Shown here piece after piece: positions 11,204 through 17,922 of a DNA stretch of 64,000 nucleotides; within the stretch, counting starts at the first letter, position 1, and every line of letters begins with the position of its first letter. The notes under the pieces are model-generated. The model did no database searches. It was not told the origin of the DNA and worked only from the letters and a program-made list of their open reading frames with translations. The position numbers were made by a program, and so were the translations under genes. The DNA is from an uncultured Gammaproteobacteria bacterium (GTDB lineage Bacteria > Pseudomonadota > Gammaproteobacteria > DRLM01). The stretch is from assembly GCA_963729605.1 (NCBI GenBank), contig CAVSNY010000003.1, positions 352,001 through 416,000 on the forward strand. The letters are read 5' to 3'.

Positions 11204-11427
11204 CCGTGCGTTTTCCTTGTAATGGAAGAATCCGAACTCCTCTGTATCGCTAAGAGGGTTCTAAATCCAGCAGGAAATTCCATCCGGTCATGTCAATTCG
11301 TGACAACACCGACGATGACAGTGTAGGCGTCTTAGTGAAGCTCGATCAAGATCAATGTTGTAATGATGGGGGGCTTGAGCACCGGGAAAATATCCGATGA
11401 AAATACTCAGGACCTCCATCGCTGTGC

Positions 11428-11748
11428 TTATTTAACCGGTGCTTGGCGGCGATGACGATATTTGATGGTGACGTGGGGTTGAGGATCATTCCGCTGTCCA
11501 TCCAAAGGCGCATCGATCGGCTGTTCCGCGTCATGATTCGGGTTGGCATGGTATGCGGCGGATCCGGCGGGAGGGGTTTTATTGTTGCGGCGTAGACGCA
11601 AATAACCCCGGCGACCCGACTCCTGAGAGACTTGCGGTGAGCGTGCTTGAAGCACCTTCACTTGAACGGGAACCCCTTTATCGACCGCACTGAGAGTTTG
11701 TACGGCCCGCTGTATATCGGTGTGATGAAAATATTGTTCCAATTGCAT
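11428..11748 (-). CDS. hypothetical protein
   Basis: Open frame MQLEQYFHHTDIQ...PHVTIKYRHRR; no recognisable family. Confidence 0.35.
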   Translation of the reverse strand: MQLEQYFHHTDIQRAVQTLSAVDKGVPVQVKVLQARSPQVSQESGRRGYLRLRRNNKTPPAGSAAYHANPNHDAEQPIDAPLDGQRNDPQPHVTIKYRHRRQAPVK

Positions 11749-12139
11749 GGGGGAAGCTTGAGAAAGGTCAATGGTAATGATGATCATTGGTTGTTCGTGC
11801 TACTTAAATTAAGAGATTAAATGGGACGGCTATGTACTTCAAAACTTTTTAAGCATGAAAAACGATTGTAAGCGTCACGTTATTCATTATGAGCAGTGGG
11901 ATGCTAAATCACCTTTTAAATATTATCCATCACCAATTTCATTATTGCGCGATATTCCCGATTCCATTTCAAATGCGGAGGATATGGACTGAATAAACCC
12001 AAGCCATTTTTTGCCGCCTTTAATCGTAACGAACGATTGTTTGGCGCCATCTTGGTGCGCCGGGGTTGCATATCGGCTTTGTCCCGGTTGGGAACGTACA
12101 AAAATCCGCTCTTGTCTGGCCTTTGGGGGTCCATCCTAT

Positions 12140-12167
12140 TATGCGCATAATCATTACGGTGGTTGAA
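12140..12167 (+). other. dif-like attachment site (XerC arm and core intact, XerD arm degenerate)
   Basis: TATGCGCATAA-TCATTA-CGGTGGTTGAA shares TGCGCATAATCATTA (15 bp) with the site at 13954. Confidence 0.8.
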
Positions 12168-12520
12168 CTCGGCATGGTCATATTGCCCCCCTTGTGAGCA
12201 AAAAATAAAGGTTTTCGCAATGAAAAAAGCCTGTGCCTGCCCCAAAAGCGGTTTTGCAGGCGCGGGCTGACCTTGTAGAACACCCCTCGGCAGATGCCGC
12301 GCCGCCGCCGCTGCGGTAATTCGAGGCGTGGCAGGAAGAGTTAACAGCTTCGCTCCGCTACGCTCACCGGAGCGCCTTCGTCGCGATTGAATACCCACTG
12401 CCGTGGCAGGACACGAACGGCGCGGGTACGGTGGCTCGTGCCTCGCCATCCGGATCCGCGCCGCTGCGGCTACCCGTATCTCGGATCCTGATGCGACGGC
12501 TGTTTTTAACGATGCGGACC

Positions 12521-13108
12521 TCATACCACGTCATCCAGCGGTTGAGTGCATCGAAAGAAATCGTTGATCTCAAGGGACGGGTTATGCGTCATGTCATCCG
12601 GCCAGTCCTCGGGATACTCACCCAGGCGCTCGATGACCACCCGCCAGTCCCCCATGAACTCGATGCTAGCCACAATCGCCTGGGTGCCCACCGGCCAAAA
12701 GGCCCAAAAGGCCTCCTCCGGCGGTCCCCAGGGCGCGACCACCCGAAACTCGGCATGCAAAAGGCGCATGATGCGCCAGGGTTCCTTGGCGAGCAGATCC
12801 ACCAATTCGGAATGCGACGACACGCCAAACCACGCTTGAGACTGGGTGGGGACAGGCCCTTGCAACGGCACCGCAACCCCGGCGGCCTTGAGAATGGCGA
12901 GATGCTGAGGCCAGAGGGCAGGGGAGACCCGTTTACGGGCCTCCGCCCAACCCAGGGCGTTGGCAAGACACCACGTACCGTAAGCCCCACCCGCGAGCTC
13001 CGCCGGATCGGCCAACAGAGGGGCACCCACCGACGGCGAGAACACGGCGACCTGACACGCCTGGATCAGTCCAGCCGCAAAGACCCCTGAAATAAGATGG
13101 TCATTCAT
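12521..13108 (-). CDS. protein resembling the C-terminal (pX) part of filamentous phage II/X replication proteins
   Basis: 195 aa, GGGGAGG RBS. AYGTWCLANALGWAEARKRVSPALWPQHLAILKAAGV aligns without gaps, by eye, to the recalled Ff pX segment YFGFYRRLVNEGYDSVALTMPRNSFWRYVSALVECGI. Confidence 0.55.
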   Translation of the reverse strand: MNDHLISGVFAAGLIQACQVAVFSPSVGAPLLADPAELAGGAYGTWCLANALGWAEARKRVSPALWPQHLAILKAAGVAVPLQGPVPTQSQAWFGVSSHSELVDLLAKEPWRIMRLLHAEFRVVAPWGPPEEAFWAFWPVGTQAIVASIEFMGDWRVVIERLGEYPEDWPDDMTHNPSLEINDFFRCTQPLDDVV

Positions 13109-13528
13109 GGCTCAGACCTCCCCGATTGTGGTGGTGAGAATCAGGGCGAAAACCCGAAAGTGAGCCACCATGGCTCAAGAGTCCACTGGTTATAGTATGT
13201 GGACTCTCGTCATGCACCACGTCGGTGCAAGACGAAAAAGTGGGTACTTGCTCATGGCTCAGACCTCCCCGATTTGGGATGAAAAAGTCCCACCCGTGAG
13301 ACAAAGTGGGGGTTGTTACAGGGGACCCCCACTTAGCCGCGGCGATCACAAAGCGACCTTCATGCCAAGCTTCGGACTGGGTGCGTACTGACCCTTGAAA
13401 GGGGGAGGTGGCGGGATGCTTATTCATGGTTCAGCCCTCCCCGATGGTGGTGGTGAGTGCCACCCATGGCACTTAGTGCGGGTGTTACTGTTACCCGCAC
13501 ACCCCCGGCGATCACAAAGCGGCCTTCT
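13105..13528 (-). repeat. three tandem units, each a double hairpin (Ff-type plus-strand origin) followed by a shared RBS-ATG leader
   Basis: Hairpin pairs at 13160-13207, 13287-13334 and 13456-13500; 22-bp leader ATCGGGGAGGKCTGARCCATGA at 13105, 13252 and 13424. Confidence 0.85.
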
Positions 13529-13916
13529 TGCGTTGAAGCCTGTCCTGATTCCATTCGAGCTCCGCCTGGCCGAGCTGGTGGCGATAGTCGCGGATGAGCT
13601 GGTACAGGAAGGGCAACACCTGGATATCGCCCGGGGCGAGCCCACCCTTGGCGAAGCCCGGCGGGAACAAGTAGCCGTTGTGCACCTCCCAGCCGTCCCA
13701 GCCTGGCCAGGGCACATAGCCGGCCTGAATAGCCAGCAGTCGGAGCGCCGTGGGATTCACCGGCCGGTCGCGACCCCAGCGCCGGTAAGTCTGCTTGGCG
13801 ACCAGACAGAGGGCCGCCGCTTGCACGGTGCTGAGCCCGGCCAGCGTCTGCAAGGGCCGCGGGGTGGTCAAATTGCCCTGATAACCTGCTTGAAGCAACT
13901 CGGTTAACTCCCTCAT
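13512..13916 (-). CDS. filamentous phage DUF3653-like regulatory protein
   Basis: HTH-like LSTVQAAALCLVAKQTYRRW followed by WPGWDGWEVHNGYLFPPG (W.GW....G.L..P); lies next to dif as in inoviruses. Confidence 0.75.
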   Translation of the reverse strand: MRELTELLQAGYQGNLTTPRPLQTLAGLSTVQAAALCLVAKQTYRRWGRDRPVNPTALRLLAIQAGYVPWPGWDGWEVHNGYLFPPGFAKGGLAPGDIQVLPFLYQLIRDYRHQLGQAELEWNQDRLQRKKAAL

Positions 13917-13953
13917 GAGGTAGGCCCTTTATCGGATTTTGGCCCCCTCGCAT

Positions 13954-13981
13954 AGTGCGCATAATCATTATTATGTTAAAT
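13954..13981 (+). other. dif: dif site (XerC/XerD)
   Basis: AGTGCGCATAA-TCATTA-TTATGTTAAAT versus E. coli GGTGCGCATAA-TGTATA-TTATGTTAAAT; XerD arm identical. Confidence 0.93.
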
Positions 13982-14094
13982 TATGGAAGGGCCCAAGGTA
14001 ACAAAAGGTTTCTCCCACGAATTTTTCCTGCCCCACCACCATCGCGGAGCACCATGATTTCGCGGACAGCAATCGTCTGCTCGGACCTGGAATC

Positions 14095-14260
14095 ATTCGC
14101 CGAAGCCAGCCGTGATCATGGACCTAGTCCACTGGGTATTCCATACGCACATAGCGATGAAACGTCGAATGCGGCCATTCGCGCATTCGTTGTACCCATC
14201 CATGTTTCACGGGGGTGTAATGGATGTAGTTCACGCATCGCCCCAAGTCCGCTTCGGCGC
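14095..14260 (-). pseudogene. C-terminal remnant of a REP-associated tyrosine transposase (RAYT)
   Basis: DLGRCVNYIHYTPVKHGWVQRMREWPHSTFHRYV matches the RAYT YIHxNPVKHG...WPxSSFHRY pattern; N-terminus absent; decayed GTAG REP at ~14320-14349. Confidence 0.75.
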
Positions 14261-14490
14261 GGACCGGCGCGGTGTTCCCACAGGCCATATTCGCCTTTTC
14301 ACTACGGCGTTTACATTCGGCGGATCGCGTTGCACGCATCTGCCCTACGGCCCTTGGCCTCCCATGATCGCGTCATAAAGGAGTTTCCTTTTTAAGAACA
14401 TTGCCTTCTGTCAAATCAAAAAGCATCTCAAAAAGTTTTTCAGAATCCAATTCAGTAGAAAAAATTTCCAACCACAAGCCATCATGCCCC

Positions 14491-15808
14491 TGAACCGCCC
14501 CGTGTTTTGCGGAGGCTGTTTGGTTTAAGTCATGCTGCAATCGCAGCATGACGGCGGTATTGCCTGTAGTAGTTTGCCTCAGCTTCTGCTGGAGGGATAT
14601 ACCCCAGAGGCTCTAATAGCCGGTGGTGGTTAAACCACGAGACCCATTCCAGGGTCGCCAGCTCCACGGATTCCCGGGTTTTCCAGGGTCCCCGACGATG
14701 GATCAGCTCGGCCTTGTACAGCCCGTTGATCGTCTCGGCCAATGCGTTATCGTAGCTGTCGCCCTTGCTGCCGACCGAAGGCTCGATGCCGGCCTCGGCC
14801 AGTCGCTCGGTGTAGCGGATCGAGACGTATTGCGAGCCCCTGTCGCTGTGATGGATCAGGGCATCCTCTGGTTCGGGCTGCCGGGCGTACAGAGCTTGCT
14901 CCAGTGCGTCGAGCACGAAGTCCGTGGCCATGGTGCGGCTGACCCGCCAACCGACGATGCGCCGGGCGAAGACATCAATGACGAAGGCCACATACAGCCA
15001 GCCCTGCCAGGTCGACACATACGTGAAATCCGACACCCAGAGCTGGTTGGGCCTGTCCGCCTTGAACTGTCGATTGACCCGGTCCAGCGGGCGTGGCGCC
15101 GAGTGGTCAGGCACGGTGGTGCGAACCGCCTTGCCACGGCGCACACCCTGCAGGCCCAGGCGCTTCATCAGACGCTCGACCGTACAACGGGCCACCTCGA
15201 TGCCCTCGCGGTTCAGCTGCCGCCAGACTTTGTCGGCGCCGTACACCTGCAGGTGGGTGTGCCAGACACGCTGAATATGCGACATCAATACCTCATCGCG
15301 CTTGGCCCGGGCGCTGCGCAGATCCGGATCGCGCCGCCGGGCCGCATGGCGCCGGTAGGCCGATGGGGCAACCTGCAACACCTTGCAGATCGGCTCGACC
15401 CCATAAGCATCCCGGTGCTGGTCGATGTAGGTATTTACGACTTCAGTTTGCGGTCGAGCTCCGCCTGTGCGAAAAAAGCGCTGGCGGTACGCAGTATCTC
15501 ATTGGCGCGCCGCAACTCCTTGTTCTCGCGCTCCAGCTCCTTGATGCGCTGTGTCTCGGACGTGGTCGTGCCAGGACGCGCTCCGGCATCGGCCTCCGTA
15601 CGCTTAACCCACTCCAGCAGCGTCCCGGGTACACAGCCAATCTTCGGGGCGATCGACTCCACGGCCATCCACAACGACGGGTATTCCCCGCGATGCTCCT
15701 GCACCATTCGAACCGCACGTTCACGGACTTCAGGTGAAAACTTGTTCGACTTTTTCATGGCTCCATTCTCTCAAATGTTGGAGCCTCCTCAAAACCAGGG
15801 GCGGTTCA
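14491..15808 (-). mobile_element. IS3-family insertion sequence (1318 bp)
   Basis: Terminal IRs TGAACCGCCCCGTGTTTTGCGGAGGCT and AGCCTCCTCAAAACCAGGGGCGGTTCA, flanked by C runs (3-4 bp target duplication). Confidence 0.95.
14530..15758 (-). CDS. IS3 transposase OrfA (15435-15758) and OrfB (DDE), programmed -1 frameshift
   Basis: Orf[20 protein letters not shown]; Orf[26 protein letters not shown]; T6C run near 15471-15477. Confidence 0.93.
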
Positions 15809-16063
15809 CCCCTATTAATAACAAAGCGGCTATGTTTTACAAATTCTTTTGCATTTTCGGAGGAATCCCCAAAATCGTCTTTAAATGAATGTTTCAGAAA
15901 TTCCAATGAGCTTGGGTCAGCATATAGAACAAAGAGAGTCTCATTGCCGGAGATATTCCATGAGCCCGCGTAGGGCAATGAAATGGACTCCTCCCTCCTA
16001 ATCGGCATCGATGTGCCAGACTGTTGTTTGTAAGCAAACAGTCAATAGCAAGGAGGAGTCCAA

Positions 16064-16987
16064 ATGAAGCTTAAACGAATCGGTATTGATCTGGCAAAGA
16101 GCGTATTTCAGGCGCATGGCGTAGATAGTCATGAGCACGTCATGTTGAAGAAAAAGTTGAAACGTCATGAGGTGCTGAATTGTTTTCGCCAGATCGAACC
16201 CTGCGTGGTTGCGATGGAGGCTTGTGGCAGCGCCCACTACTGGGCTCGGGAGCTTGAGAAGCTCGGCCATCAGGCAAAACTGATTGCCCCACAATTTGTT
16301 AAGCCCTATGTGAAGAGTGGCAAAAACGACGCCAATGATGCCGAGGCTATCTGCGAGGCGGCCAGCCGTCCCGCCATGCGCTATGTTGCAGTGAAAACTG
16401 CCGAGCAACAGGCCGGACAGGCCTTGCATCGAGTCAGGAGCCGATTGGTCAAGGCACGCACCGCGCTGGAGGATGGCGAGAACGAGCTGCCGGGACCGAT
16501 GCGAGAACTGCTCGCTCAACTGTCAGAAGAGCTTGAGCAGAAAGATGTCCACATTGCCCTGCTGGATCGGCAGATCAAAAATCAGTGCGCTCAAGATGAG
16601 CGCATCAGACGCCTGATGGCGCTCGAAGGTGTCGGCCCCATCAGCGCCAGCGCGATAGTCTCAGCCATCGGTGATGCCCGCCAGTTCAAGAGTGGCCGGG
16701 ATCTGGCCGCCTGGTTGGGGCTGGTTCCCAGTCAACACTCCAGTGGTGGCAAGGAGCGATTGGGGGCGATCTCAAAGCGCGGCGACACATACCTGCGCAC
16801 CTTGTTGATTCATGGAGCACGCGCGGTGATCAGCCGCTGCGAAAAGAAAGAGGATCGTAAGAGCCAATGGCTCAAAGGAATCATGGCGAGGCGCAACAAG
16901 AATATCGCCACGGTAGCGCTTGCCAATAAAAACGCCCGTGTTATCTGGGCAGTTCTCAGTCGCGGTGAAAATTATCAGCCGGCCTGA
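16064..16987 (+). CDS. IS110 DEDD transposase, apparently with an in-frame internal deletion
   Basis: IGIDLAK, MEACGSAHYW, KNDANDAEAI, GLVPSQHSSGGK; 307 aa with KARTAL joined directly to EDGENELP. Confidence 0.92.
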   Translation: MKLKRIGIDLAKSVFQAHGVDSHEHVMLKKKLKRHEVLNCFRQIEPCVVAMEACGSAHYWARELEKLGHQAKLIAPQFVKPYVKSGKNDANDAEAICEAASRPAMRYVAVKTAEQQAGQALHRVRSRLVKARTALEDGENELPGPMRELLAQLSEELEQKDVHIALLDRQIKNQCAQDERIRRLMALEGVGPISASAIVSAIGDARQFKSGRDLAAWLGLVPSQHSSGGKERLGAISKRGDTYLRTLLIHGARAVISRCEKKEDRKSQWLKGIMARRNKNIATVALANKNARVIWAVLSRGENYQPA

Positions 16988-17257
16988 GAGGGTGAGCACG
17001 TTGTAAGAAATAGGTTTTGCAGGAGAAGGAGCGTTCCACCACGATTGCAAAGTGAATTGTATTGATGACAACCGGTCGAACCGGCACGTGTGAAACCTGA
17101 CTATTGCATGGGCCCTCTGGAAACAAGGCCGCTAGGGCGATCAGCTACACGTGAGCGGATATTCATCATGGCTCTGGGTATAAGCACCCTGTACAGAAGC
17201 CGGATATACGGAAGCAGTCGTACTTGGGTTGTCAGAAAAACAGTTTGCTTGCAAAAC
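16988..17257 (+). ncRNA. probable seekRNA/bridge-RNA region of the IS1111 element
   Basis: ~270-bp non-coding stretch between transposase stop and right IR, the known location in IS1111 elements; structure not verified. Confidence 0.6.
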
Positions 17258-17461
17258 GGGAGGAGTCCATATACGCAATAACCGCAGGGCATTGCGCCGG
17301 ATGTATCAAGATTTCATTCGGCGCAATACGGCTATCGCCTATTGCGCCCTACGAGTTCTATCCGTGCCTGAAATATAACCTCCTGGACCGTTGCCGCCCG
17401 TCATAGAGCCGAATAATCCAAACCCGATGAATTACCGCTTCGCGGTCATCTGCTACCCGCC

Positions 17462-17914
17462 TTACGAAAGTTCAATCCAGTTTGGATGATCGCGAAGAGG
17501 AAAATTCTTTTTTAAATGTTTTTTTACTGAAGATAAATCTATATTGTCACAATCTGACGGGGATAACCCTATAGAAAGATTTTCCTGAGCAAGTTTAGAC
17601 TTCGCTTTTCTTAATAAAGGATTTGCGTAACAAATAAGGTATCTTTTATCTTCTTCTTGATACCGATGAGATAATCCAATTAGTCGGATAGCCATTTCCA
17701 AATTTTCAATGGCAGCTTGGTCTGCGGAAGTCGCATAACATAAAAAACCTTTTAGCAAATGGTATTCAGCCTTTTTACCAGAAAAATGTTGATCAATTTT
17801 CTCTAACTGCTGTAGAGCGGACTGGTAGTCGCCTTTCGACGCAAAATCAAGACTTCTGACCCATCGTAAAGCTATGCCAGGCGCTATAAAAATCTTCTTG
17901 AAAAAATAAGTCAT
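17462..17914 (-). CDS. putative immunity protein (TPR-like helical)
   Basis: 150 aa, AT-rich, 8 bp downstream of the toxin gene; KGDYQSALQQLEK...AEYHLLKGFLCY. Confidence 0.7.
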   Translation of the reverse strand: MTYFFKKIFIAPGIALRWVRSLDFASKGDYQSALQQLEKIDQHFSGKKAEYHLLKGFLCYATSADQAAIENLEMAIRLIGLSHRYQEEDKRYLICYANPLLRKAKSKLAQENLSIGLSPSDCDNIDLSSVKKHLKKNFPLRDHPNWIELS

Positions 17915-17922
17915 ATTGAAAC

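Larger units (their letters stand above)
12140..13981 (-). mobile_element. 1.8-kb Xer/dif-integrated element (IMEX) of filamentous-phage origin, no replicase or morphogenesis genes
   Basis: Direct-repeat dif-like ends 1814 bp apart; DUF3653-like gene, three Ff-type origin hairpin pairs, gene-X-like ORF. Confidence 0.8.
14373..15968 (-). pseudogene. AT-rich orphan gene interrupted by IS3 (possible orphan immunity gene)
   Basis: Removing the IS and a 3-bp CCC duplication restores ...FVKHSRFVINRGHDGLWLEIFSTELDSEKLFEMLFDLTEGNVLKKETPL*; 5' end missing. Confidence 0.6.
15976..17273 (+). mobile_element. IS110-family (IS1111 subgroup) element
   Basis: 13-bp sub-terminal IRs ATGGACTCCTCCC (15983-15995) and GGGAGGAGTCCAT (17258-17270); no target duplication; long 3' non-coding end. 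Confidence 0.9.
15970..17352. repeat. GTAG-type REP pair (REPIN) split by the IS1111 element
   Basis: Rejoining gives GTAGGG|CGCAATAACCGCAGGGCATTGCGCCG ... CGGCGCAATACGGCTATCGCCTATTGCGCCCTAC. Confidence 0.75.

Noticed and set aside
11916-12524. 202-aa ORF
   Set aside because: Low-complexity Arg/Ala/Pro composition and it reads through the att junction; only a 5' part could be real.
13105-13445. CRISPR or integron attC array
   Set aside because: Intervals of 125-150 bp are too long for spacers, there are no RYYYAAC/GTTRRRY ends with a long imperfect stem and no integrase; an origin structure fits better.
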